A DNA stretch of 64,000 nt from the NCBI GenBank assembly GCA_051362555.1, contig CM120647.1:4898001-4962000 (forward strand), in the 5' to 3' direction. Shown here piece after piece: positions 47,283 through 62,200 of this stretch. Made by a program: the position numbers and the translations under genes. The notes under the pieces are model-generated. The model did not search any database. It had not been told where the DNA came from and saw only the letters and a list, made by a program, of their open reading frames with translations. Each line of letters begins with the position of its first letter. Within the stretch, counting starts at the first letter, position 1. Origin of the DNA: Lingula anatina. Taxonomy: Eukaryota > Animalia > Brachiopoda.

Positions 47283-47856
47283 ATAAAGAACTGAAAAAAA
47301 AATGTGAAAAACTTAAATAAATATATGCAAATGTAACAAGTGTTATTCTTCATATACCTTTTTTATTCTATTGTATTTGTTTAGGTGAAATATTTTAAAA
47401 GTAATGGTAATATTATATTAGTTATCTATCTATCTATCACTCACTTAAAGTGCGAGAGAAAAATGGTAGCGGACATATATTCCTAGTGTAAATCAGGATA
47501 ACAGGTCCCATCCGGACTTAGATTCCTGGCGGTGAGACATGCATTCCTTGGTAACTGTTGTCCTACGGACGTTAAATCCTAGTAACGTATGTCCTAGGAC
47601 CTCCATTCCTAGCAACGCTAGACCTAGGACTTACGTTCCCAGGACTTAGTGTCCGGTCGGACTTGCGTTACTAGGACTACCATTCCGTTCACACCGGCAT
47701 TACATAAAAAAAACAAAGCGATAGACACAAACAAACGTATTTTGTTTGGTGTGTACAGGTGTAGCGGAGAGAGAGAGAGAGATAGAGAGAGAGAGTAAAA
47801 CGTTTCGATGTGTATCAATGAAATAAATCAACGCACATATATTCAGGTGATGCCGG

Positions 47857-50800
47857 TGTGAACGGAATGGTAGTCCTAGTAACGCAAGTCCGACCGGACA
47901 CTAAGTCCTGGGAACGTAAGTCCTAGGTCTAGCGTTGCTAGGAATGGAGGTCCTAGGACATACGTTACTAGGATTTAACGTCCGTAGGACAACAGTTACC
48001 AAGGAATGCATGTCTCACCGCCAGGAATCTAAGTCCGGATGGGACCTGTTATCCTGATTTACACTAGGAATATATGTCCGCTACCATTTTTCTCTCGCAC
48101 TTTAAGTGAGTGATAGATAGATAGATAACTAATATAATATTACCATTACTTTTAAAATATTTCACCTAAACAAATACAATAGAATAAAAAAGGTATATGA
48201 AGAATAACACTTGTTACATTTGCATATATTTATTTAAGTTTTTCACATTTTTTTTTCAGTTCTTTATCTATTCATCTGCAACATAAACTTTCAAATTTGC
48301 CCTGTTTACGGCGCCTTTCAGTGTGCACCCGCCCTCAATCTGGAGGATGTAAGATCCAGATTTGGATATCCCCTTCACAACGTAGGGCCCCAGCCAGGGG
48401 TTTTCTTGTTTGCCCCCCTTTCTGTCACTCCTTCGTAAATTTCTTTTCAACACTTTTGTTCCCACGGTAAGTACCTGTAAAATTAATTTAGATACCATAA
48501 GTGTTTTTGCATCGTTAATCACAGTTCACCTGCATTCAATTTTAATATAAATGGTAATTGACTACGAAGTATACAAATGTACAAGGCGCACCACCAGTAA
48601 ATGGTATAATCCAGGCAAACAGTGTACATAGTACGGTCACACTATATTAAATCAATGCTTTATAAGTAAAATATGCATCAATTTGATTCATGGGGTAATT
48701 CACCAAAAGCTTATACCTCATCAGTTGAATGGCGAGCGTCAAATCTTTTTTTCTGCTCTTGCTGCGCTCTTTTTATATTTCGTAACGCTACCTCTCCAAC
48801 TTTTTTTTTCATTGTTTCAACCCTCGTTTCAACTTCCTTTTCATACTGAGATGCACTAGGCAGTTGTAGGCCACTTGGGCCTGCTGTATTCTCGTCAGAC
48901 TGGTCTTCTCCTTCGTCGCTGTTGCACACATCAAGAGGGAGTACAGGTTCTCTAAAGAAAATATTAATTTAAATTTACAAACAGTTAATAATGCTTTTTA
49001 TTTCGTATGTTGTATCCAACCAAATTAGCATAATTAGAATAAAAAGACGACATTTTTCATTATTAATTACATCATTTCTGGTGTGGGTAAAACCCAATTT
49101 TATTTATTTAATAAAACATGAAATAATTGAACAATAATTGAATAATTTACATATTCCTTCATACCTCCCAAACATGAGATAAAAGGGTGAAAACCCAGTA
49201 GATGCTTGGACTGATGTATTATAAGCAAATACTACATCCCCCAAAACGTCATCCCACTCATGATCGTCTTGATACTTTAAAAGCATATCCTTCAGGGTCT
49301 GGTTGAAGCGTTCTGGAATATTATATAGGCCTGCATCTTAAAATCTATATACAATATAAATATAATAAAAATGTGTGCTTATCTCACCAAGTATATTAAC
49401 TTGCAAAAGTTTAATAATATATAATGCATTACATTAAATGGCTAATATATTCTTTAACTAAAACGTGGGCTAAGATTAAGGACAGTATGCACGATCACAG
49501 AGACATTTTAAATAATTCCAATCAAACACACCCGTGAGACCATTGCATTGGGGATGGTAAGCTGTGGTTCTTTTATGTTTTATTTGAAGTGACGTGGTAA
49601 TACAGTGCAACAGGTTGTTGTTGAATTCTCTCCCCTGGTCTGTTAGCATTTCCTTTGGGAATCCGAAACTGGAAAACATTCAGTAATACCATGGTTATTT
49701 TAGTTACCAACTTCGTCGTCATGATGTTCATCGGAAATGTTACTTTTTACTGTTATCGAAGGGGTATAATCCACCCTATTTAAAAAAGTAAATTAAAAAA
49801 GTTATCTTAACATGTAATTTTGAAAGCAATCGTTGTCGATACATATTCATTACTGCACCTATAATATTCAACACTTACGTAAAAAAAAGGTCCAAAAGAA
49901 AGCTGGCTACCCCTGTCGCTTCCTTGGAGGGCAAGGCACGTGCATGGGCCATCTTTGTGTAATAGCACACAACAGTGCATACGTACTGATTGCCCCTTTC
50001 TGTTTGTTGCATTGGCCCAATTAGATCTATCCCAATCTACCAAAAATTAATAAAAATACGTTATTTCTGATTTTACATTAAATTCGTAGATGTTTAACTA
50101 CATAAATAACTGAAAAATAAAGAAATTTCCACTAGTCGTAATGTGTTCTGTTAAAACAATATGACGATAACAACGAAAAACGATTTTCAATATCTATTTT
50201 TTTTTTTTCAATTAAACACCACGATTAAGAGAAAAATTGTCTTGATTACCATCCTCCACGCCTCAGGCTTGTTCACTGGAATAGGGTTAAGCGGTGGAGA
50301 GCCGTTGTTGTTATTTTTGTTGACACGCTGACATTTGTCACATTTTGAAATGAATTTTCTGATGTCGTCTACCATGTTTGGCCAATAATATCTCTGTTCA
50401 ACCTTTGCCAGGGTTTTATCTCGTCCTAGGTGACCACCTTAAATTTAAAAACAAGCAAATTAATAAATTGCATTTTATAGACACTTTACGTTTGTCAATG
50501 TCTGGAATTACGTCACACAATTAATAAAACAACGTATACGCGGTATTGTGAATACGGAATTCTTTTAATACATACTTACCAAGCGGTGATGTATGCAGTG
50601 TATCCAAAATTTTTTTCACTTCTTCTCTGTTTCTTACAACTTTTCGCCATACTCCACCAACATCATTATCATCATTATCATTCTGCCCTTCATCTGCTAC
50701 GTCCCTCACTTTCCTCTTGCTAACTCTGTAATAGAGCTTGCCATGTTCAATCTGAAATAAGCATTACAATATGCATATATGTGAACTCATGATGTTAAAG

Positions 50801-51959
50801 GACTTATTGACCTATATTACTGTTATTTTGTTAGAGTTTAAAACTGAGAAAAGGAATCGTAAGCAGCTGTCCCCGTACCTAAAATCCTAGAAATGGTAGT
50901 CCCCGGACCTAAAATCCCAGAAATGGTAGTCCCCGGACCTAAAATCCTAGAAATGGTAGTCCACGGACCTAAAATCCTAGAAATGGTAGTCCCCGGACCT
51001 AAAATCCTAGAAATGGTGGTCCCAGGACCTAAAATCCCAGAAATGGTAGTCCCCGGACCTAAAATCCCAGAAATGGTAGTCCCCCGGGCATAAATACCCA
51101 TTAAATAGTAATCCCCTGCAGGACATTTATTCAAGGTACATAGGCCCATTGTACACACATCCCTGGAATTATATATCTGCGTATAACGTAGTGTGACCTC
51201 TAATAATATTGCATATTAAACATCATGAAAATTGAAAGTTTACTTTATAATTAGACTTGCTTGTTCTCCGAATCACTCTTTTCTGTGTTGGTGTTGTCTC
51301 GATAGGATACGTGCCCTCCTGAAGATATTGGAAAATAACTTCAACTTCGGGCCTGGTCCGGGTGCTGCTTGGCACTTCCATATCAAACGTCTAGTGAGGG
51401 TGTGGCATTCATATATGAGCGGTATTTATAGTATAACAAGGTAGCGTGTGACATCTGGTTATGTCTGTAACCAATCAAAAATTTGCTACGTGGCAAAAAT
51501 GACGACCAGGATAAAACAAAATAAAAAAAAATTCACACGAAAAGTAAATATAATTTTATTTCTGTAAACGAAATTCGAACCTCCATCCACTTACACAATT
51601 ACTCTGTATAACATCCATTTCACTGCACAGCCTTACCACTACACCAGGGAGACGAACTGGCAAACCGTCGATTTTACGGGGTACTTATATGTGCTCACTG
51701 AAGCATACTATTACTGCCAATAGTCATTATCCACTAGCTTAAATGGTCGGACATAGTTATAGGGCGGACCTTCATTCCGTTGACTAATGTAAACGTAATG
51801 CAGGTCCGCCAGGAATAGAAGTCCTACCCTTTATTATATCAGGAATGCAGGTCCCATTAGGACTACTATTCCTCAGGAACGGTGGTCCTACGGACCACCG
51901 TTCCTAGGAACCGAGGTCCGTAGGACCTCGGTTCCGGGCGGACCTGCATTCCGTTCACA
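47857..51959 (-). mobile_element. Ginger1 DNA transposon, copy 2, inverted (4103 bp)
   Basis: Reverse complement of copy 1, with mirrored identical ORFs in the track; flanked by CCGG. Confidence 0.92.
48268..51381 (-). CDS. Ginger1 integrase/transposase, copy 2 (8 exons)
   Basis: Mirror of 44169-47282 (position = 95550 minus copy-1 position). Confidence 0.88.
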
Positions 51960-52397
51960 CCGGCATTACATAAAAAAAAACAAAGCGATAGACACAAACA
52001 ATTCAATTTGAAAAACATGAAGTTACATTGCATTGTATAGCATTAACGTAGGTCGCGTGACAACCCATTCATCCGGAGGTTGCTTTTATATATCATCACT
52101 TTGATGATTCAGTCACTTCAGAGGTGCTGGCCTCTTCGCTCATCATTAGTAAGCACGACGATGTTGCGAATGAAGATTTTGCTATGCGCAGTTGTGGTAA
52201 TGATTTGCCTTCATGTCGATGGTGAGTGAACATTTATTTATTTATTTGTCTTTTAAGACCTGGATACCGAGCTTGTTGCCTATTTTGTATTTCATATAGT
52301 TGCAATCATAAGGTCGAACGAACGTTAACGCTTTCTGTGAGACTGTTTTTGTTTATTCTAAATGTAGCAACTTGTTGTATTGATTCGTTAGCAATTA

Positions 52398-52491
<94 letters not shown>

Positions 52492-53559
52492 TTACTAAAA
52501 TAAGAGTCAAATACAGTATTTCGGTAAACCATGTGTGGATCTAAGAAAATGATAGTTATGATGAATATGCGATCAAGAGACCATGGGAAACCTCTTTCGT
52601 AATGGGCCAAGAATGTTATTGCTCTTTCATTTATTTGTCAGCAGTTTGGGACTTAAAATCACGACTGAATATGAAATCCTGCATAGTAAATGGAATTGCC
52701 CTTGTAAATGTAAACTAAATGTATACTGTGTATTTTAGAAAAACTGCCCCTTTATGAAATGCATATGATATGTTGCTTTTTCGGGTTTATAGAGCGCGTT
52801 TGTTTAACGCCAACGAGTGTTTGGCATATTATCTATTGTCTGTCGACCTTATAGTATAGTTCTTGAGATGAACATGAAAACGTCTACTCATTACGTGTAT
52901 TCTTAGATTATGTGTAGTGAATAGACTATATGTATTTGCATTTTAAAAAATTGACGTAGAAATTTTTAGAAAATTAATGCTAAGTCGATATTAGTCTAAG
53001 AGAATAATAAATGATTTATGCACATTTGGTTTAAATAATTGAATAAATAAATATATACAATGTATAAAATATTAAAAAACGAGATTTTGGATGAATCCAT
53101 TGTATATCTGGCTAATTACATTTTTCTCTAGTTTTAGGGGCGCCGTCTCATTCAGTTAATGTTTATGAACGAAGAACCCCATGTACAGTTAACGCAGACT
53201 GCTCGTGTTACGCGGAACCGAAGACGGGTTATTCCTGTTTTGGATATTGTCACCATCCTACTTCGACATGCTTTGCATATACCAACCTGCTTGACTAGAT
53301 GATTTAAAAAATACGCGATTAAGATAAATATTATGGGACTCATATACATTTACGTCATCGCTCGCATTTTTACAGAAATGTTTATGAGACCTTAGTGAAT
53401 TCAGTAGGAAAAAGCGATTTTCCCATGTTATTCAGCTGAGACTACCGTAGTCAACACTTTGTGCAAGTGCATAACTTATCAATAGTTTAATTTTTTTCAG
53501 AAGACCGAATATGAATAAAAGTTAGCTGTGAAATGATAGTATCCCTTTATATATTTTGT

Positions 53560-53604
<45 letters not shown>

Positions 53605-53880
53605 AGATATCAATAAAATAAACCCATTAAACCTAAACCCATGTAATAAAATGTGACGCGTTCCTACTTATTATGATTAACTGACTAGCAATATAATGTG
53701 TGGGATTGGGTTCTTATTATTATTTTACATGTCCCTGAAAAGTATTTAATCGTGTAATTTAACAAGCATAACCCAGTATCAACTTGGCACTTAGGAGGTT
53801 GAATCAAGGACGTGAAAGATTTTGTTCCTGTGCTAACTTATCTGGCAGTTGGCAATTATCCTCCCCAACGTCTACACCAA

Positions 53881-53969
<89 letters not shown>

Positions 53970-56280
53970 CACTCCTACTGAACCAATACTTTTGGAGAGA
54001 TAAATGACTGTGGAATGGTGTGCCCCATAGTATCATTTTATAAACATCAAATTTCACAAAAATACACAAAATGTGCAGGCGGTCTTCCCAGAGACTGATA
54101 ACATTGTACTATCATCAATAGCACCAGTCAGCATCATGTTATATAACTGACAAGCGGGTATTGCAACATCTTGATGCTGGCTAACTCTTGTTAAAATACA
54201 CATTTGAAAACTTCCCAGGGACATATTATTAGGATAAGAATCATGGTGTCTGTTTACATTTCCATGCATAACACATTGGTCAAAAAGGTTGTCCCATTCA
54301 AATCTGTTTTGTGGAATATTGTCCCATGATTCCTGGCAATCTTGGTGGAATTGGTCTGGACTATTTGGAGTTAGGTTCTTCTCTGGATTGCACATTTCAA
54401 TTCAGAACTAATAGCTTTGTTCAAGGCATGATATAACAGTACCATAAACGAGCACATCCGTATGCTAAATGTGTGTAAATTTAGTGACATTTGGTGCTGT
54501 ATTTTCAATATATTTTAATTTATTTGTCTTTGGGGAAATGACAGTGACACGATGCATCGTATATCATAAACATTCTCTGTCGAGTTCTGATTGAACTTTT
54601 TCACTTTCATATGTCATCACTGTTATTCCTTGCACTTCACAGACTGTGCCATGCTTCATTAGCTCCCAATGGATTATTATCTACCATTCATCTGTTTATA
54701 ATGTTCTTCTCAAAGATATGGAAATTACTGTTTAGGAGATTCCATTATTGAGAATTTACTTGGAAACTTCAATGCTGGTTTTACACTACAGTAAACCACA
54801 GTTACCAGCCCAAAGTATGATGATACTGGCTTTTACATGTAACATGCTCGACAGTTTGTCGATTTCCAAACCATTTTATGTACATTAACTCTGCATATTC
54901 GTAGCAAAATAATTTCCAATGGCCAAATCCTTTAGTTGGTGTGGGGGTGGGGGAGGGAGTTTATCCATTCGAAATTGTTTTAGTGCATTTGTTCATCAAG
55001 GACCAATAATAACTGTGTGGGTACTTGTTTGAGGGCATTGTTGGCGAGAACATACTGTCGACTATTGCCAAAAAAGTATGATAAATGTAAGAATATTTTG
55101 AAACTGATACACCAGCATTGATTTTAAAGTGACACTGGTGGACAACGAACATTTTATATTCATTATTATTTATAATGTCATAAGGAAGTGTCATGTCAAT
55201 TCTTGGTATCTCATCAGCGTCATTATATGTTGAAAATGCAATGCAATAAATGCGTTAACTGCGCATGCGTTATTGAAAATAGGCTGGAATCAACCACCAG
55301 CGACGTGTATTAACTGTGTATGTGCGTCATTATATGTGGACAGATGAATGGTCCCGACTATGACTACTTCATTAAATAAGAATCACTGTTTTTAATGGGG
55401 GGGGGGGAGACATGGAAACTTACATTTTAGATATGTATACATTTTATTATTTATCATGACAAAATGACGTGTCATGCCTATTACTGGTATCTCATCATGA
55501 CATGTCCATGTTTTCAGACACTGAAATGCACCTTCGCAAGAATGGTATATACCCCTGTACCTTTATAACGTCTAAAGTCACGTGTTACTTTGTGAATATG
55601 TTTATAACCATTGGCCTGGCAATGTCTTAACTGCTTTTTGACTTAGAAAATAGACCTGTTAATGTAAACCTATCAATGTTTTAACTGTGAGATTATTATC
55701 AGTGTTATTTTTATTGTTTCTATAAGGAAATGTGAGTTGCTCAAGGTGAAAATAATGCAATTGTGATTCTCTCGCAATTATTGCTCAAGTGAAAGTTGCA
55801 TGAAAGAAATCTCTACATATAACAACATTTAATATACAGTTTTCTATACTGTGTTTTGTCAGAAACGTGTCCTTTTTTAATTTTCATTTATTTCCACGGA
55901 GTTTGTCGTGTATTTACGACAAATAAAACACTGCATTGAATTTGAATCACTGTTTTAATGCTTTAATAGTTGGTTGAATTAGGTTAAAATTGGTCAACAA
56001 TGTTTTCAATACTGACAAAAAATTTAAAGAATGCTTTTTCATCCGACCTCTGAGGAAAATGAAAATGTTAAAAACCGTTTCAGAAACAAGTAATTAAATG
56101 TGAACTATTGACGTTGGGGTTCATAGGTATGACCAAAGTGACGTTGGACAGAAAGATTTAAAAAAGCAAATTGATAAAATGAGTCTCTTGTCCACGGACT
56201 ATTTAAGAACCATGCACCAATATCCGTTTATTAACCAATTATATACCACATTTCTGTGAAAGTCGAATTTCTTATCAATA

Positions 56281-59200
56281 TCAGATTCCGAAAAACCAGG
56301 AACCTTCTTTTCGGTTGTAAAAATAATCATGAGCTGCTTTCAGGAATTCTTCCTTATCGATAATGCCATTTTGATTCTGATCGATATACTTAAATGACTT
56401 GTCGATGCCTTCTTGAACGTTAAATACCAAACAGAATGTTTTGTGCTCGTAGACGTTGAGCTTTTCGTTGTCGTCACCATCTGCTGCTCGAAAGATGCCC
56501 TCTTCCCAATCACTGCTTGGTTCTCTTAGGTTTCCTTTGAATAGACGTTTGTGCATCCAAATAGCATCTTTTCTCTCAAAACTGCCTTTGTATTCATTTT
56601 CAGAGAAAGACCAAAAATTACCCCACGCTTCGGAAACGGTATCATTGAAGTCATTTATCTTGTCCGCAACAAAATATATTCTAGCTCTTTCTAAAGTCTT
56701 GTCAACATAGTCGTGGCGGTTTACAATTCCGTCCTTGTCAGCATCCAGAATAGAGAAGAAACGGACTATCTTAGCGCGCCACTCGTCCCCTATATACGGT
56801 TTGTCCTGAAGTTTATAAATGAGACAAAATTTTCTCTCTGGTAATACTTAAAATCTAAGGTTAATATGGTTTTTTTGTTCTCTGTGAACAGAGCGAGTGA
56901 AACATTCCAAGGCAACGAGTATATCTTTCCACAAGTACATGTAGCAAAACTTTTCAATCGCTCTGAGTCTTCAAAGACGATTTCTTTCAAATGTTATATG
57001 CCAACTCTTAATATTAGGTCATCGGACAAAGGATGCGTCCAAGCTAATGACACATAGATGGCCAACAGCTCAAATCCCGAATCTTAGCAGACCTAATATG
57101 CCACGGCTCTTGAACAAGGAGCTTCAAGAGGTTATACATCAATTGAACATGTGAGAAATGCGTGAAAAGTACACTTTTTGAATTAAGGAAAACAAAATAT
57201 AACAAATATAACAGACTCCAGAATATTATTTGATTTGATTTCTATAACATAGACTCCATAGTCGAGAAAAAGAGCTTGGAAATTATGGATTAGGGCGTGT
57301 AACGTCCCTGAACAGTCGGGGAGGGATTGACACGTTTTTTTTTTTTTCCAGCGAGGTTCAACGATGGTGTGTTGTATCGATGTGAGATTTAACAAATATA
57401 AAAAAGTAAAGTGTGGCCTCTTTGCAACCCCACAAACGAAATTTGTGCAAAATTGCTTGAAAATGATAACTTTTGCTGACTCGTCACATCATTATTTTTA
57501 GGATGATGAGTCTTATTTAATATTTCATATTTAATTTTTATTCCTAAAGCCATTTAATGCAGGCAACAATTTGCCACACTGTTATTTTTGTTAAAATTAT
57601 TAGGATAGTGAGTTTATATAATAAAAGCGGCCTCGTTTGGCCAAATCACGAACACCCGATAGTCTTTGTTGCATTCTCTTTTGCTATGAACGGGACTAAG
57701 CAAGTTTGTGATTCACTGGGATGGAGGAGACATAAAGTATATTTAAACACAGTATTTATAGAGTTGATAATAGTATCTCACTCGCGATGTAAAACCGTAG
57801 CTTTTGCCCACTTAAAGCCTTTACACAGTACCCATCTTGAAGACTTAAATTTCATGGTTGTGTTATAAAATGAACTCCAATCCGAAGCATTAGAATAAGC
57901 CATGTACTCTTCACGCAAACAGTTTTAATTATGTTAAAATCTCATGGAAAAATGCAATACTAAGGACCTTCAAAAATACAAATTATCAACTTTACTTTAA
58001 AAATCCAATTGTCTCTAGACAGAAAAAAAATGTTTATTTGAATACAGTGCATGTTAAAGCAGTTGCATATCACGGAAGAGGCCATGTAAAATGTTGGTTT
58101 TACCAAGATTGTTTTTCTCCTTTTGCTTAAATACTTCAAACATAAACAACCAGTGTATCACCAAAAGGATGATCAAAACGTAAACGGCCCCTCAACCAAG
58201 GAATGACAGGTTCGCTTACAAAACAAATATTAACACAACTCGCTTATATGCTAGAATTTCGATGGGTTATTAAGAGCGCGTCCATGAGAAAGCCAGACAG
58301 ATCAGTCAGAAGGCGGCAAGGTGGGGGTCAGCAGATTTTAATAATTTTTGGTGTGGTAAACCATCAACATAAAAGATATTGTGAGCCACTGGCTTTCTTA
58401 TTTGGGATCATTAGTTTTAGAGATATGGGGACAGATCTTTTATTGACAATTTTGCCAAAATATAGCATTTTTTAGCTCTTGAAAAGTTATAATTTTAAAT
58501 ATTCTTTTTAAAAATCATGTACATCATAAGGAATTATTTAGGTCAGCCACGTGATAGGTTAAGGAAAGACCTTTAATACCCAGTACAGATTTTTTGAAAA
58601 GGCACTGTCATGACCACACAAGGTTGATTCCAATAAGGCATGTTTTCCGTATGCTTGACTCCCTCCCCTTCTTGAAATGCACACAACTTCTTTTTTGCAG
58701 GCTGTATCCATATAATTTTGGTATGTGCTGATAGAAAAGGGTTGAAAAATAAATTTTGTAAAATAAAATCTGTGTTAAACCTCGTAAAATAAAAACTATA
58801 ACAATTTTAAAAAGGGCCTAAAAACGAATATTTTTATACTACTTAAAAGCTAAACTGTTTCTTCAACTAAATTAATAAGTCAAAACCATGTATAGGTTTG
58901 TGAAAAGCCCTTAAAATAATTATGTTTGCCCTGCAGACGAACTTATGAAGCGAAAATAGATTTTTTAATTTGTTTATGTTGTAGAAACTAAATGTAAAAT
59001 AACGATGCTAACTCTGTGACCTATTTTCAACATGGCGGGTACTAGGAGTATCACCAGAGCAACTGTGGAGCAAAGCACATCGTCTTCACTGTGTTAAAAC
59101 ATAATACTTTCTTAAATTTATGAAGAACACACACTAGAGATGCTTAGGTACATCTCAGAAGGATTGGTGTGCAACAGAATATAACAAGAAATGACCATAG

Positions 59201-62200
59201 CAGCTGGTCGTCCTTAGAATGTGCATTTTTTGGTTGAACCACTTCAGACTGTTGTCAGGCTTGGGTTCCTCAATACATCCATCTCATCGATTTAGCTCTG
59301 GATGTTTGTTGTAAGGTAAGTGATCAGTGGTGGCATACATATACTAGAATCAGATACACTAAAAACTCAAACCAGTTTAAATAATAAGTTTGAATATTTT
59401 TCAGTAATATAAAGAATATAAGCAAATTTAAAAGACATACTGGTATTTTTCAATTCACAGAGTTTTACTTGATTTCTGTTTCGTGGTAAACATGTATGCT
59501 GGAAAGAATTAACTGTGTATCTAACTTATAAAGTATATTTTTGCATTAAATTCTAGGGCTTTGTTACATGTGTTATCATAACACAAACAGTTAAGGACTA
59601 TACTGAGCTTGAAGACAGCTTCATAAGAAATTTCTTACCCAGAATCAAAGGTATGTAACACGCATTCAGTTTCAAGTTTTGGCATTTTAGGGGATGTTAC
59701 TTGTGCCAGTTTTTTATATTTCAGTTTTATATTCACTATGCAGATTTATGTGTGTTTACAATGAAGTTGAAGTTAACCACCTGTGCTTCAAATTTCAAGA
59801 CTTACATATTACACAGGACACTTGTAACTAAAGGTACTTTAGTAAAATCAGGAAAACTTTGCGGTCCATTATGTTGTTCATGTTGCTGTGCAAGGGGGCG
59901 TGCCAGACAATTAAGCTGATTACAACGACTGAGCCCGAGTGTGATACTCCGCTGAGATAGATTGATCCTGCTACGATAGTTTCTATTCTGAACACAGTAA
60001 GCCTCTGTTGTTGTAAAGCATTTATTGATATTATGTTTATTTTTCAGATTTTACATCCTAGGCCTGTATGTGAACCTTGACCTGGACAATGTTACAGACA
60101 ATAATAGAAAAGTCACCTGAAATTGCACAGGCAAATTCATCAGATTCAGATGTGAGCACCAACTTTGTAATACCTGGAACACTTACACGTAGAAGAAAAA
60201 AGGTTTACCTTTTTTTCATTTGTTTCTTTTTCTATCATGAAATTCTGGTAGCTACAATCATGCATATTTGATTTCCTTTTTTACACTTATGCAATATGTT
60301 TGATCAGAATATTATTTAGTAATTGTTCTTATACAGCAATTAACATGAGTTTAAAATATGTTTCATACATTTTCTTTTGACAGCCTGTCCTGCCATCTTC
60401 AGGTAGACGCAGTAGTGGATATCCTGGCAAACCTTTATTGGACTTAGAGCCACCTTGGTACATTCCCCCATAACAAATATGCATCTTAGGCTTGACAATC
60501 TCAATCAGTTTTGTAGGAAAGGAGGATTGGCGCCATTGAATTGACAAATATTGACAATTGACAGTTCAGTCACACTAAACTATAGTGGCATGTTGCTTCA
60601 AGTAACCACACTTATTCTAAGATTGCTGAATTATCATTACTGTAGGAGACCCTGGATCTCTCAACCAGAAGAAGAAACTTGGGGTCAATCAGTTATAAGA
60701 TTAAAATCTGTGGAACACTACCCATCACTGTTGTGTTCAGTATATGGAAAAGATGACCGTGATATTGGAACCTTGGAGATTCATAACTTGATTTCACTCC
60801 TGTAAAAAGTAACTGCTTTGTTCTTTCACTGTCCAATTGATGATATAAAAATAAAGTACTTCTGTCATTGTATATTGCTGACTCTGTTTTAATTTTCTTT
60901 ATAGAAAAAGAATATAGATATCATATGTATTTACAAAGCCTATGAATCATTTGAAAGGAAAAAGAATTGTTGAAAAATGCAATATAAATCATTTCAAGTG
61001 GATTAATTAGTGTTGCACTTGAGAAAACTGATAAAATGAGACAGTCATTCCCTTTTACCTTTAGAAAATCATTTGTAATTTTTTTTTTCTCCCTGAAAAT
61101 AAGGTATATACACAATGCTGATGACACTGTATTGCACAGTAATAACTTATTAAATTGGGGGGGGGGGATAACTTGTCACTAGTAATTTAAATTCATTCAG
61201 AAGTTGTATGGCTCTGTTTGAAAAGAATATTATTTCAGCAATCCTGTATTACAGATATCAAAATAAAAAAACCTGCAAAAATGGGCCTCTTATTATTTTG
61301 AGGAATTAGGGTAAATGTATTTTGGGACAGATTTGATGGCAGCCATTTTGTATTTATAAAAATTTGATAGATTTGCCCTAATCAAAGTATAGTTTGAATT
61401 CCTGGCTGTGAGCCTTTGATTAAATTTGATTATTGATAGGTATTATCTCAAAATGTAGTGATATCTTGATTTTGGCCGTTCGGTTTTTTGCTAAAATTTC
61501 TAAAGTTTGAGGCACTTTTTCAATATCTTCTGTTGTGTTTAACACACTTTTTGAATTTTGTATGATTAGACCAATATATGCTTAGGATCCCTACAAAATT
61601 TTATGGCTGTCAAGCCTGCAAAAAGAGAGATATGAATGCTTGAACATTGCTTGGTAGAAAAGTGAGTTTGGGGGGTGGGGTCATAAAAAATGGGCGTGGC
61701 TCGTTAGTTTGTGGGTTAAACTGAAATTTAGTAACATATTCTAAATGGCAAATGGCTGGTTTAAATATGTAAATTTTCAATTAATTTTAAAAAGTCATCA
61801 GTTTTGAAATATTTGCTTATGAAGTGGCTTTATTGACCGAAGCTGAAAATCAAGCCAAAAATGGCCAAAACATATAATATCATATTATAATTATATCCTA
61901 TGATTTCTTTTGGGATTGTTGCCTTCAGTTTTAATATCTCCTATATATGCAACAATATTATGAATTTGGTTGAAATCTGTTGACCCCCACCTTGCCACCC
62001 TCTGACTGGTCTTATCATGGACACACACTTAAAATGTGAAACACGTTGATGTGTGTACTCAGTGCTATACCGTATAGTAGGCTTGTTAAGGGGTCAAACG
62101 CTGCATTTTATAGTACAAATGTCTAACTTGGCATAAATGTTCCTTGGGCCAAAAGGAAATGTTTTATCCAAAGAGACACGCTCTATCGATGCATAAATCA

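Larger units (their letters stand above)
43591..47693 (+). mobile_element. Ginger1 DNA transposon, copy 1 (4103 bp)
   Basis: Termini TGTGAACGGAATG...CATTCCGTTCACA, TSD CCGG, intron-containing Gypsy-like integrase and no RT or LTR. Confidence 0.92.

Noticed and set aside
43591-51959. Gypsy LTR retrotransposon
   Set aside because: No gag, protease, RT, RNase H or LTRs; TIRs, the CCGG TSD and introns indicate Ginger1.
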